DNA of 64,000 nt from assembly GCA_003597995.1 (NCBI GenBank), contig QZJY01000016.1, positions 751-64,750 on the forward strand, given 5' to 3'. Below are positions 36,734 to 45,560 of the stretch, one piece after another. The position numbers and the translations under genes are program-made. The stretch's first letter is position 1; each line of letters opens with the position of its first letter. Under the pieces are notes generated by a model. That model searched no databases. It saw nothing but the letters and a program-made list of their open reading frames with translations, and was not told where the DNA came from. The DNA is from Dehalococcoidia bacterium. Lineage in GTDB: Bacteria > Chloroflexota > Dehalococcoidia > Dehalococcoidales > UBA1222.

Positions 36734-38344
36734 TCACTCGCTCGAAATAACAATATGCTTGTGCCAGGCGGCATCCGGCTTGGGATAGTCCAACCTGAAG
36801 TGCGCGCCACGGCTTTCCAGGCGCATGAGGGCGGCTTCTGTCATCAGACGTCCGGTAATAATAAGGTTGAGAAGTTCCCATGAAGGCCGGTCGCCCGGCT
36901 GTGGCAGACATCTCTGCCAGTGTGCCAGAACACCTGCCGCTCTGACGAGTCCCTTGCCGTTCCGCACGATGCCGGCGTTTTCCCATAACAGCTGTTGCAG
37001 GGCGGCGCGTCCGGGTGAAGGAACGCCGGATGCGGTGGCTTCTTGCTTCATGACAGCGCGCATGTCTCCGTTCCAGTCATCCGCTCTCTCTTGCGAGCCT
37101 CCCTCGAGGCTGCGCTCGATGATACGCTTGCCGAACACCAGCACCTCCAGCAGCGAGTTGGAAGCCAGGCGGTTGGCCCCGTGGACGCCGGTGCAGGCCA
37201 CCTCTCCCGCGGCGAAAAGGCCGGGCAGGCTGGACTCGCCCCAAGTGTTGACGCGGATGCCGCCGATCATATAATGGGCAGCAGGCGCCACCGGTATCAT
37301 GTCGCGCGCCATATCCAACCCGTGTTCCAGGCAGTAGTGATATATCTGCGGAAAGCGCGCCGCGGTGATGCTGGCCGGCTGGTGAGTGACGTCGATATAG
37401 ACGTGGTCGGCCCCTGTCTTGCCCATTTCGCTCACGATGCTGCGCGCCACCACGTCGCGCGGTGCGAGCTCGGCCTGCGGCGTGTAGGTTTTCATGAAAG
37501 CCTCTCCTGCGGCGTTGCGCAATATGCCTCCCTCGCCGCGCACGGCTTCGGAGATGAGGAAAGGTTCCACGCCCGGCAGGTGCAAGGCGGTGGGGTGAAA
37601 CTGGAAAAACTCCATGTCCACGATGTCCGCCCCGGCCCTGTAAGCCAGCGCGATGCCGTCGCCGGTGGCCACTTCCGGGTTGGTGGTGAACTTGAAGAGC
37701 TGCCCCGCCCCTCCGGTGGCCAGTATAAGGTGGCGGCAGCCGAACTGCTGGGACCCGCAGGTGCGGGTGTCGAAGGTCTCGAGGCCGCAGACAATTCCGT
37801 TTTCCTTGAGGATATGCGTGGCCAGGCAGTGCTCCAGCACGGGGATCTGCGCCAGTCTTATCTGGCGGCTGAGGGTGGTCTCTATCTGGGCGCCGGTGGC
37901 GTCGCCTCCGGCATGCAGGATGCGCGGCCTGCTGTGGGCCGCTTCACGGGTAAGAGCTATTTCCCCGTTGAAAGTATCGAAGGGCACGCCGAATTTGACC
38001 AGGTCGGCGATGCGGTCGGGGGCTTCCCCGGTAAGGATGCGCACCGCCTCCTCATTGCACAGGCCGGCGCCGGCTGATATGGTGTCCTTGAAGTGCAGCT
38101 CCGGGGAATCCAGCACGCCGATGGCGGCGGCGATACCCCCCTGGGCGTGGCGCGTGTTGCAGTCGTCGATGCTGCCCTTGGTGACCAACAGGACGCTGCC
38201 GTGCTCCCTGGCGAGGAGGGCGCAGTAGAGGCCGGCAATGCCGCTGCCGACTATGACATAATCGTAGTTTTTAATAGGGGGTCTCCTGTCCAATACCAAG
38301 CACCAAATTCCAAATTCTAAATAAGCCTTAAGCACCAAATCCAA
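36734..38344 (-). CDS. nadB: L-aspartate oxidase
   Basis: Carries VIVGSGIAGL (FAD), HAQGGI and RGAHFR motifs. The true start is probably near 38290 (TTG or ATT behind AGGAGA), because the track N-terminus is translated repeat DNA. Confidence 0.9.
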   Translation of the reverse strand: MDLVLKAYLEFGIWCLVLDRRPPIKNYDYVIVGSGIAGLYCALLAREHGSVLLVTKGSIDDCNTRHAQGGIAAAIGVLDSPELHFKDTISAGAGLCNEEAVRILTGEAPDRIADLVKFGVPFDTFNGEIALTREAAHSRPRILHAGGDATGAQIETTLSRQIRLAQIPVLEHCLATHILKENGIVCGLETFDTRTCGSQQFGCRHLILATGGAGQLFKFTTNPEVATGDGIALAYRAGADIVDMEFFQFHPTALHLPGVEPFLISEAVRGEGGILRNAAGEAFMKTYTPQAELAPRDVVARSIVSEMGKTGADHVYIDVTHQPASITAARFPQIYHYCLEHGLDMARDMIPVAPAAHYMIGGIRVNTWGESSLPGLFAAGEVACTGVHGANRLASNSLLEVLVFGKRIIERSLEGGSQERADDWNGDMRAVMKQEATASGVPSPGRAALQQLLWENAGIVRNGKGLVRAAGVLAHWQRCLPQPGDRPSWELLNLIITGRLMTEAALMRLESRGAHFRLDYPKPDAAWHKHIVISSE

Positions 38345-38402
38345 ATTTCAAAATGGTTTTGATATTGTTAAAATTGAATTTATTTAGGATTTAGAATTTA
38401 TC
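38296..38402. repeat. AT-rich intergenic element, third full copy (yajC-nadB spacer)
   Basis: Has caccaaattc..tttgatattgtta..tttatttaggatttagaattt and shares its arms and central ttgatattgtt core with 33674-33822. Confidence 0.7.
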
Positions 38403-38433
38403 TTAACGTGAAGTTCCTCTCAAGTGCTTGGGG

Positions 38434-38715
38434 TTATTTGGGTGGTTCGGGTTGTTTTTGAGCTACCGCCGCCCGGGCCATGCGTATGGTAGCGCCTGAT
38501 TCCACTTTGATGACGATGGTGTCCGCATCGGCGCTGACGACCTCTCCGTATATGCCGGACCAGGTGATGACGCGGTCGCCTGGCTGTGTTTTAGCCGCCA
38601 GCTGGGCCTGTTCCTGCTGGCGTTTGCGCTGCGGGCGGATAAGCAGGAAATAGAAACCCACGAACATGAGAGCCAGGAATCCGAACGTAATCCAGGTGCT
38701 GTCAGTAGTACCCAT
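38434..38715 (-). CDS. yajC: preprotein translocase subunit YajC
   Basis: 93 aa with one TM segment, then RPQRKRQQE and GDRVITWSGIYGEV. Confidence 0.85.
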   Translation of the reverse strand: MGTTDSTWITFGFLALMFVGFYFLLIRPQRKRQQEQAQLAAKTQPGDRVITWSGIYGEVVSADADTIVIKVESGATIRMARAAVAQKQPEPPK

Positions 38716-38830
38716 TGCGCCTCCTGAAAGCTCAGTTTATCTGAGATATTTCAATCAAAATTGAGCGACGTTTATCTCGGCCTGAGGAATAACAGTTTAG
38801 CACTTCACAAGCATCGCTGCCAGAGTATAT

Positions 38831-40075
38831 CTACTTGAGTGTACCCTGCAACGACCACGGGCTGGTTTTCTCCACGGTTATCATAACTTGCTTGCCGATA
38901 AGGTCATCACCTCCGGTGAAGAAAACTATCTTGTCGCTACAGGTGCGACCACGCCAGCGGGCTTTGTCCATGGCTTCCACAAGAACCTCTACCGTCTGTC
39001 CGAGTATGCGGGCGTTTATCTCCGCCGCGATTTTTTCCTGGAGCTGTTCGATAGCATCCAGCCTCACTTTTTTTATCTCCGCTGGCACGTCGTCAACGTA
39101 CTGTCGGGCGGCCAGCGTGCCGGGCCTCGGGGAATAGGCGGCCACGTGGACGGCGTCGAGTTTTAGTTCTGCCAGTAGGTTGAACGTGTTCTGGAACTGC
39201 GCCTCGCTCTCGCCGGGGAAGCCTACGATGACGTCGGTGGTGATGGCGATGTCCGGCATAGCCTTCCGCAGCCTCCCGACAAGCTCCCGGTACTCTCCGG
39301 CGGTGTAACCCCTATGCATGGCCTCCAGTACGGCGTCGTCTCCGGCTTGGACAGGCAGATTTACCTTATGGCATATCTTATCCAACCGCGCCATGGTGTC
39401 TATAAGGCGCGGGCTCATGTCCTTGGGGTGGTTGGTGAGAAAACGCATACGCAGCAGGCCGTCTACGCGGTTTAACTCTTCCAGCAACACAGCGAGGTCA
39501 GGCTTGCCCGCCAGGTCGTGGCCGTAGGAATCCACGTTTTGCCCCACCAGCGTCACCTCTTTAGTGCCGCGCCGTACTAACTCGCTCACCTCGCAGGCGA
39601 TTTCGGAAACAGGGCGGCTCACCTCGCGCCCCCGGCGGTAGGGCACGATGCAGTAGGTGCAGAAATTGTTGCAGCCCTGAATGATAGGCACGAAGGCGGT
39701 CACGGCAGTGCTCCGGGACAGGGCAGTCGAACAATCCTTTTTTTGCAGCCAGTCCGGGATTTCGCCGGGTTTGAAGAAATAATCCACGTAAGGGAAGCGC
39801 TTTTTGAGCTCGTCAGCATCATCGCCCACGAAGCAGCCGGTGAGTGCGACCTGAAGGCCGGGATGCGATTTTTTAAGGTGTCTGAGCCTGTAGAGTTTGT
39901 TGAGTACCTTATTCTCAGCGTGCTGGCGCACCACGCAGGAGTTGACCACGATAACATCGGCTTCTTCGGCTGTTGCAGCGGGTGAGTATCCATGCGAGGC
40001 AAACCGCGATTCCAGCCGCTCCGATTCGGCGCGGTTCATCTGACAGCCTATGGTCCAGATATAATATGCGGGCAT
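38831..40075 (-). CDS. miaB: tRNA-2-methylthio-N6-dimethylallyladenosine synthase
   Basis: 414 aa with IGCQMNRAESE (UPF0004), the radical SAM motif CNNFCTYCIVP, and a TRAM C-terminus. Confidence 0.9.
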   Translation of the reverse strand: MPAYYIWTIGCQMNRAESERLESRFASHGYSPAATAEEADVIVVNSCVVRQHAENKVLNKLYRLRHLKKSHPGLQVALTGCFVGDDADELKKRFPYVDYFFKPGEIPDWLQKKDCSTALSRSTAVTAFVPIIQGCNNFCTYCIVPYRRGREVSRPVSEIACEVSELVRRGTKEVTLVGQNVDSYGHDLAGKPDLAVLLEELNRVDGLLRMRFLTNHPKDMSPRLIDTMARLDKICHKVNLPVQAGDDAVLEAMHRGYTAGEYRELVGRLRKAMPDIAITTDVIVGFPGESEAQFQNTFNLLAELKLDAVHVAAYSPRPGTLAARQYVDDVPAEIKKVRLDAIEQLQEKIAAEINARILGQTVEVLVEAMDKARWRGRTCSDKIVFFTGGDDLIGKQVMITVEKTSPWSLQGTLK

Positions 40076-40108
40076 TTCGATTGAATCAGGCGGGGGAAAA
40101 GGTGCCGA

Positions 40109-40200
40109 TGGCGGAGGGAGAGAGATTCGAACTCTCGACCCTGATTACTCAGGGCAAGCGCTTAGCAGGCGCCCGCACTAGGCCACTATGCGATCCCTCC
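40109..40200 (-). tRNA. tRNA-Ser (anticodon GCU) with encoded CCA
   Basis: Hand-folded cloverleaf with acceptor GGAGGGA/TCCCTCC, anticodon loop CTGCTAA, a long variable arm (CCCTG..CAGGG), and T arm GAGAG-TTCGAAT-CTCTC. Confidence 0.9.
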
Positions 40201-40227
40201 ATTTAGCATCCATTACTATATCATAAC

Positions 40228-40506
40228 GGCTTTCGGCTGTCAGCTATCGAGCTATAAGCTTTCAGCAGTCAGCATAAGGGCCGTAAGCTATCACCTCTAG
40301 TCAGGGAAAATGGTCTAAACACTAGTTAAACCCGATAAGAATCTCTCTTATTCTCTCCCATTCGGCTTTCCCTTCGTTGCACTCAGGGCTAAAGGCTAAC
40401 CAGGGAAAGCTCTTTCCACGGAGAGAAATTTCACAATCCGGCGCGAATTCTTCGCATAGCAATCAGTGAGTAGCTGATGGCTGAAAGCTGACTGCTGACT
40501 GCCGAC
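40228..40506. repeat. two blocks of CAGC/GCTG-word repeats (40228-40275 and 40466-40506) bracketing repeat-like DNA
   Basis: Block 1 has gctttcagcagtcagc and block 2 has gctgaaagctgactgctgactg. They share reverse-complement words. Confidence 0.4.
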
Positions 40507-40515
40507 CGCCGCCTG

Positions 40516-40524
40516 TGTTATCAT
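40516..40524 (+). promoter_or_regulatory. extended -10 promoter (TGTTATCAT) of ybeY, 6 nt from the ATG (leaderless geometry)
   Basis: TG at 40516-40517, TATCAT at 40519-40524, ATG at 40531. Confidence 0.5.
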
Positions 40525-40530
40525 AGAACG

Positions 40531-41001
40531 ATGGAAGTAAACGTGCTTTTCGACGAAGGATTCGAGGGCGCCATCGACGAGGGCTTTCTGCGCCAGGTCG
40601 CCACGAAAGCGCTGACCGCCGAACATCAATCCGATGCCGAGATGGGCATACTCGTCACCGGCCAGGAACAAATTCGCCAGCTTCACAAGGAGTACATTGG
40701 CGAGGACGAACCCACCGATGTGCTGTCCTTCGCCATGAGGGAAAAAAGCGAGGTTGATTCCCCCGATTTCGTTTTCCCCGCAGGGGACGCCGCCCATCTG
40801 GGTGAGGTCATCATCTCCTATCCACAAGCCGAGTTGCAGGCCGCCGAGCACGGGCATTCAGCCAGAAAAGAGGTTGCCATCCTGCTCATCCATGGCGCGC
40901 TGCACCTGCTGGGTTATGACCATGATGAACCTGAACGTCAGAAGAAAATGCAGGCCAGGGAAAGGGCCATATTGAAACTCGTAGCGGAGGGTCTCTATTG
41001 A
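40531..41001 (+). CDS. ybeY: rRNA maturation endoribonuclease YbeY
   Basis: 156 aa with the HGALHLLGYDH metal site. Confidence 0.9.
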   Translation: MEVNVLFDEGFEGAIDEGFLRQVATKALTAEHQSDAEMGILVTGQEQIRQLHKEYIGEDEPTDVLSFAMREKSEVDSPDFVFPAGDAAHLGEVIISYPQAELQAAEHGHSARKEVAILLIHGALHLLGYDHDEPERQKKMQARERAILKLVAEGLY

Positions 41002-41591
41002 AAGTCTTAGGAATAGCTGGCAGCCCGCGTTTCGGCAGCAACACAGACATCTTGCTTGGCGAGGTGCTCAAAGGGGCCGAAAGCAAGGGCGCGGAGACAA
41101 AACTGATACACGTTGCCAACCTCAGCATCATGGCGTGTAACCACTGTGACTCCTGCATGCACACGGGGGAATGCCCCTTTCAGGACGATACGCAAAAGGT
41201 CTATAAAGAAATAGAGCAGGCCGACCGCGTGGTGCTGGCGGCGCCGCTGCAATTCATGGGACTGCCCTCACAATTAAAGGCGCTGATAGACCGGGCGCAG
41301 GCGCAGTGGGTCAGAAAATATATTCTGAAAATCCCGCCTCTGGGGGATACGAGGGAGCGCAGGGGGCTTTTCGTATCCGTAGGGGGGCGCACCGGCGAGC
41401 ATCTTTTCGAGCCGGCTCTGGCTACAGTAAAAGCCTTTTTTGTCAGCCTGGACATCAAATATGCCGGCATGGTGGCTTTTTCCGGCATCGAAGGCCGGGC
41501 CCAGATTTCAGACAATCCGGAAGCCATCAGAGAGGCTTTTAGCGCCGGAGAAAAGCTGGTGGAGCCGGCTACTCCTCCAGGAAATGCTTAA
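40998..41591 (+). CDS. NADPH-dependent FMN reductase / iron-sulfur flavoprotein family
   Basis: 197 aa with GSPRFGSNT at the N-terminus and the Cys cluster CNHCDSCMHTGEC. Confidence 0.6.
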   Translation: MKVLGIAGSPRFGSNTDILLGEVLKGAESKGAETKLIHVANLSIMACNHCDSCMHTGECPFQDDTQKVYKEIEQADRVVLAAPLQFMGLPSQLKALIDRAQAQWVRKYILKIPPLGDTRERRGLFVSVGGRTGEHLFEPALATVKAFFVSLDIKYAGMVAFSGIEGRAQISDNPEAIREAFSAGEKLVEPATPPGNA

Positions 41592-41704
41592 AATATCGTA
41601 GCTGGCACCTTCTGGCAAAATGGCTGGAATAATACACTAGCCGGAAATGTCAGATTAAGTCTAGACTATCACAACTTAATAGATAGATGCAGCAGGTTAC
41701 AGTC

Positions 41705-42181
41705 CTAGATGACCTTGCCTTCTCTTTTGGCTTTGGCATCCAGACCGGCGCCGATGCCCCCTCCCACCGCCACTCCAATAGGTATACCGATAGCGGGATT
41801 ACTCAGGCCTGCCCCAAGAGCAACTCCAATCGCCGTGCCGATAGCCAGCCACAGGCCGACGTTCTGCCCCTCGCTGATGAGGCCGTGCGTCTTTTGCAAG
41901 TGGCTCAGAATGGCTTCCATGCCGCCGAGGAATGCCCTCTTTTGCTCCTTGAGTATCTGTGGGGCGCCCGCGGCCAGGTCGCGCAGCATCTTGTCTATCT
42001 CAGGCTGAAACAGGCGGCATTGGGGACAGGTGGGCGCGAACTCGTCCACGCGGCGGGCCATCTTGAGAAAGCGGTCGAGGTGATAATCCCTGGCCTCGGG
42101 TGCTCCGATGCGCGCCTTGAGGGACTCCACGCCGGCCTCGATTGTGCGGTACCATTCTGTCGGTTCTGGCATATTACTCAC
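41705..42181 (-). CDS. hypothetical protein with CPQC motif and C-terminal glycine-zipper membrane segment
   Basis: 158-aa ORF ending in GLWLAIGTAIGVALGAGL..GIPIGVAVGGGIGAGL. Confidence 0.45.
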   Translation of the reverse strand: MSNMPEPTEWYRTIEAGVESLKARIGAPEARDYHLDRFLKMARRVDEFAPTCPQCRLFQPEIDKMLRDLAAGAPQILKEQKRAFLGGMEAILSHLQKTHGLISEGQNVGLWLAIGTAIGVALGAGLSNPAIGIPIGVAVGGGIGAGLDAKAKREGKVI

Positions 42182-42185
42182 CTTT

Positions 42186-42415
42186 CCATGCTGGAGGCCA
42201 GAGAGGCTGGCCGAAGCATCTGGTGGAGCAGGGAGAATCCCTCTCTTATCTCCCCCTTCGGCTTCTCTCAGGGCAAGCTCTTTCCCAAGGGTAGAGATTT
42301 ACAATTCAGCAAAAGTTTGATACACCTCATTTGGTCCCTCTTTTGTCTCCTTTTCTAAGGGAAGAAGGAGACAGCACTCTCCCCCTTTAAAAAAGGGGGA
42401 TTAAGGGGGATTTTT
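42186..42415. repeat. GC-rich repeat cluster including the 38-nt unit (42186-42223) and the left flank repeat of the DUF559 cassette (42378-42415)
   Basis: 42186-42223 equals the reverse complement of 4242-4279 (38/38). 42378-42415 recurs at 42973-43010. Confidence 0.8.
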
Positions 42416-42814
42416 ACTCCTGTCCATTATGCTTTCAGATATTTTCTCAGTCACACCTTCGATGTTCTTTAACACGTCCGTGTCTGTGATGCGTAGAACT
42501 CTTAAACCAAGCTTATTTAAGAATTCATCTCTGACCTTGTCAACTTGTGCTGCCTTACCAACTGAGTGCTGACTCCCATCTACTTCTATGACGAGTTTGG
42601 CTTTCGGGCAAAAGAAGTCCACAATGTAGTTTCCTATTATTTTTTGCCTATTGAATCGATACCCCTTGATCTGCCTAAGGCGCAACTTTGCCCAAAGATG
42701 TCTCTCAGCATCGGTCGTGTTCAACCGAAGGTTTCTGGAGTAAGGAACTAAGTTTTTATTATAGGGTATGTCGCGAGTCATTGGCGAATCAAACCCCTCT
42801 TTCATCTCCCCCAT
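42401..42814 (-). CDS. DUF559 endonuclease-domain protein (Vsr-like fold)
   Basis: 137 aa, AT-rich, with TDAERHLWAKLR..YIVDFFCPKAKLVIEVDGSQH..RVLRITDTDV. Confidence 0.75.
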   Translation of the reverse strand: MGEMKEGFDSPMTRDIPYNKNLVPYSRNLRLNTTDAERHLWAKLRLRQIKGYRFNRQKIIGNYIVDFFCPKAKLVIEVDGSQHSVGKAAQVDKVRDEFLNKLGLRVLRITDTDVLKNIEGVTEKISESIMDRSKNPP

Positions 42815-43015
42815 TCGTCCGCCTGAGGCGGACTCAGGGCAAGCTCTTTCTAAGGGGAGAGAGATTAAGAACCCTCCCCCTTTAAAAAAGGGGTGAAGAG
42901 AGGGATTTCCCTAGCTCTCCAATCATCAAACCCCTCTTTCATCTCCCCTTTCTAAGGGGAGAGATTAAGAACCTTCCCCCTTTAAAAAAGGGGGACTAAG
43001 GGGGATTTTTCCCAA
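42786..43015. repeat. tandem pair of composite hairpin repeats (right flank of the DUF559 cassette)
   Basis: aaacccctctttcatctcccc..ggggagag..attaagaacc(c/t)tccccctttaaaaaagggg occurs twice (about 42786-42912 and 42925-43010). Confidence 0.75.
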
Positions 43016-43027
43016 GATTGAGTACCT

Positions 43028-44488
43028 CTACAACTTCGGCTTCATCTTCTGCCACCCAGTCGCCTGCTCGTAGGCGTGGGCGATGCGGAAGATGGTCTCC
43101 TCGGCGAAGGGCTTGGCGATGATTTGCAACCCGATGGGCAATCCATTGGCGAACCCGCCCGGGATTGAAATGGCCGGCACCCCCGCGATGTTGATGGGCA
43201 GCGTGCACACGTCGGAGAGGTACATCGCCAGCGGGTCGTCCGCCTTTTCGCCCGCCTTGAAGGGCACGGTGGGCGAGGTGGGCGTTATCAGCGCGTCGTA
43301 CTTCTCGAAAGCCCGGTCGAACTCCATGCGGATGAGCGTGCGCACCTTCTGCGCCTTGAGGTAATAGGCGTCGTAGTAGCCGGCACTCAGCGCGTATGTC
43401 CCCAGCATGATGCGCCGCTTGACCTCCTGCCCGAAACCGAACTGGCGCGTCTTTTCCATGGCCTCCCACATGCTGTCGGTGCCCTGGTAGGAAAAGCCGT
43501 ACTTCACGCCGTCGTAGCGCGACAGGTTGGCCGAAGCCTCGCTCGGCGCGATAATGTAATATACCGCCAGCGCGTAGGGCGTGCTCGGCAGGCTGACGTT
43601 ACGGTCTATTTTCGCCCCCAGCTCCTCCAGCTTGGCGATGGCCGCTTCTATGGCCTGGGCCACTTCCGGCTGTATGCCCTCTACGAAATACTCTCTGGGG
43701 ATGCCCAGTTTCATGCCTTTTATATCTCTGTTCAGGCTCTTGGTATAGTCCGGCACCTCGCAGGGGACGGAGGTCGAGTCATGCTCGTCGTGGCCGGAGA
43801 TAGCGTTCATCACGATTGCCGCATCTTCAACGTCCTGCGTCATGGGGCCTATCTGGTCGAGGGACGAGGCGAAGGCTATCAGTCCGTAGCGGCTGACCCG
43901 CCCGTAGGTGGGCTTGAGGCCGGTGATGCTGCAAAAGCCCGCCGGCTGCCGGATGCTGCCGCCGGTGTCCGAGCCGAGGGCGTATAAACCCTCTCCCGCC
44001 GCCACCGCCGCTGCCGAACCGCCGGAAGACCCGCCCGGCACCCGCTCCAAATCCCAGGGGTTGCGCGTGGTGAAATAGGCCGAGTTCTCGGTTGACGAGC
44101 CCATGGCGAACTCGTCCATGTTGGCCTTGCCCAGCAGCACCATGCCCTGCGCGTAGAGCTTCTCGATGACGGTGGCGTTATAAGGGGGCACGAAGTTTTC
44201 CAGCATTTTGGACGAGCAGGTGGTGCGCACGCCTTTGGTGCACAGCACGTCTTTCATCACAGCGGGCACGCCGGTAAGGGGGTTGCAGTCTCCGCCGGCT
44301 ATCCTTTTATCCGCTTCCCCCGCCTGCCTGAGCGCGAGGTCGCCGGTGACGGTCATGAAAGCCTTAACTTTAGGGTCGAGTTTCTCTATGCGTTCGAGCG
44401 TGGCTTTGGTCAGCTCGACGGATGAAATCTGCTTCGTCTTTAACAGCTTATGCGCTTCGTGGATGGTCAGGTATGCGGGGATAGTCAT
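43028..44488 (-). CDS. gatA: Glu-tRNA(Gln)/Asp-tRNA(Asn) amidotransferase subunit A
   Basis: 486 aa with the amidase signature [14 protein letters not shown]. Confidence 0.95.
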   Translation of the reverse strand: MTIPAYLTIHEAHKLLKTKQISSVELTKATLERIEKLDPKVKAFMTVTGDLALRQAGEADKRIAGGDCNPLTGVPAVMKDVLCTKGVRTTCSSKMLENFVPPYNATVIEKLYAQGMVLLGKANMDEFAMGSSTENSAYFTTRNPWDLERVPGGSSGGSAAAVAAGEGLYALGSDTGGSIRQPAGFCSITGLKPTYGRVSRYGLIAFASSLDQIGPMTQDVEDAAIVMNAISGHDEHDSTSVPCEVPDYTKSLNRDIKGMKLGIPREYFVEGIQPEVAQAIEAAIAKLEELGAKIDRNVSLPSTPYALAVYYIIAPSEASANLSRYDGVKYGFSYQGTDSMWEAMEKTRQFGFGQEVKRRIMLGTYALSAGYYDAYYLKAQKVRTLIRMEFDRAFEKYDALITPTSPTVPFKAGEKADDPLAMYLSDVCTLPINIAGVPAISIPGGFANGLPIGLQIIAKPFAEETIFRIAHAYEQATGWQKMKPKL

Positions 44489-44491
44489 GCG

Positions 44492-44545
44492 TTAAACCTC
44501 TCTCCCTTGAGGGGAGAGATTAAGTGAGGGTGAACCTATAACCTG
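44492..44545. repeat. GC-rich hairpin module in the gatC-gatA spacer
   Basis: ctctctccc-ttga-ggggagagat followed by taagtgagggtga. Confidence 0.6.
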
Positions 44546-44589
44546 GCGCCGCGCGCCATCATGAGGATTTCGGCTCATGTTGCTTCTCC

Positions 44590-44877
44590 CTACTCCAGCA
44601 CCGGGCGGATGCGGAAAAATTCGCCCTCTTTGCGCGGGGCATTGGCCAGCACGTCGGAGGGGGACATGGAAGTCGCCACCTCGTCGGCCTTCATCACGTT
44701 GCAGAGGGCGTTGGGCTGCGCGGTGGGGGGGATGTTGGCCGTGTCCACCTGTTTCAGCACCTCGAAGTTCTCCAGGATGTTGGAAAGCTGCCCGCCGAAG
44801 TGGGTGATGTCCTCTTCGGTCATGCCCAGCTTGGCCAGCGCGGCGATGTGCAGTACCTCTTCACGGCTTAGCTTCAT
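44590..44877 (-). CDS. gatC: Glu-tRNA(Gln) amidotransferase subunit C
   Basis: 95 aa starting MKLSREEVLHIAALAKL, upstream of gatA. Confidence 0.9.
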   Translation of the reverse strand: MKLSREEVLHIAALAKLGMTEEDITHFGGQLSNILENFEVLKQVDTANIPPTAQPNALCNVMKADEVATSMSPSDVLANAPRKEGEFFRIRPVLE

Positions 44878-44897
44878 ATTACCCTCTCAATGGGTGA

Positions 44898-44927
44898 ATT
44901 ATAGCCCGAAGAGCGATGATGGGGCAA
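44898..44927 (-). promoter_or_regulatory. sigma70-type promoter of gatCA
   Basis: On the minus strand: TTGCCC, an 18-nt spacer, then TATAAT about 20 nt upstream of the gatC ATG. Confidence 0.5.
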
Positions 44928-45098
44928 GGATACGTATTCGACCTGGGGGTTTTTGAGCGTAAGAGGGCGATTTGTCCAAACGAAACGAAAAAACGAAAAC
45001 GAGAAACGAAACAGCGAACGCAAAATGAGGGTCTTTTGTCAGCAACCTCGGTTGAGCGTGAAAGGTTGCGGAAAATTATTAAAGATACGTTTATTTGG

Positions 45099-45560
45099 TT
45101 ATTTAGTGGCTGTAGCCTTACTGAGTGCTTGTTTGATCAAGCTAACCGCCTCAGAGGTTTGCTTCAACACAAATATGTCTGTAAACCGCAGAACCGAATA
45201 GCCTAGTGAAATCAATGATTGGGTATTGTTTAAGTCTCTAGCAACGTTTCTATTTATTTTTTCTTGCCAGTACTGGGACATTTGTTGAAGTCGCTCTTCT
45301 GATAGCTTTTGACCATGCCAGAAACGCCCGTCAACGAACACTGCCACTTTCGATTTCTTGAAAACAATATCCGGCTTTCCAGGTAAATTAAAAACGTATT
45401 TTCTATAACGCAATCCCTCAGCCCATAACGCCCTACGCAGCAGTAATTCAGGAGCTGTGTCAATTGACTTGATACGAGACATTATCCAGCTTCGTTGTTC
45501 TTTGCTGGCATCTTTTGTTATTTCAGTTTTATTTGCAGTTTTGTGTAGTCTTTTTCGCAT
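45099..45560 (-). CDS. vsr: very short patch repair endonuclease
   Basis: 153 aa with RSWIMSRIKSIDTAPE and FVDGRFWHG. AT-rich, and overlaps the upstream gene by 43 nt. Confidence 0.85.
   Translation of the reverse strand: MRKRLHKTANKTEITKDASKEQRSWIMSRIKSIDTAPELLLRRALWAEGLRYRKYVFNLPGKPDIVFKKSKVAVFVDGRFWHGQKLSEERLQQMSQYWQEKINRNVARDLNNTQSLISLGYSVLRFTDIFVLKQTSEAVSLIKQALSKATATK

Noticed and set aside
40396-40857. 153-aa minus-strand ORF overlapping ybeY and the upstream repeats.
   Set aside because: It is antisense to ybeY, which has the HGALHLLGYDH site, and its 3' half is repeat DNA.
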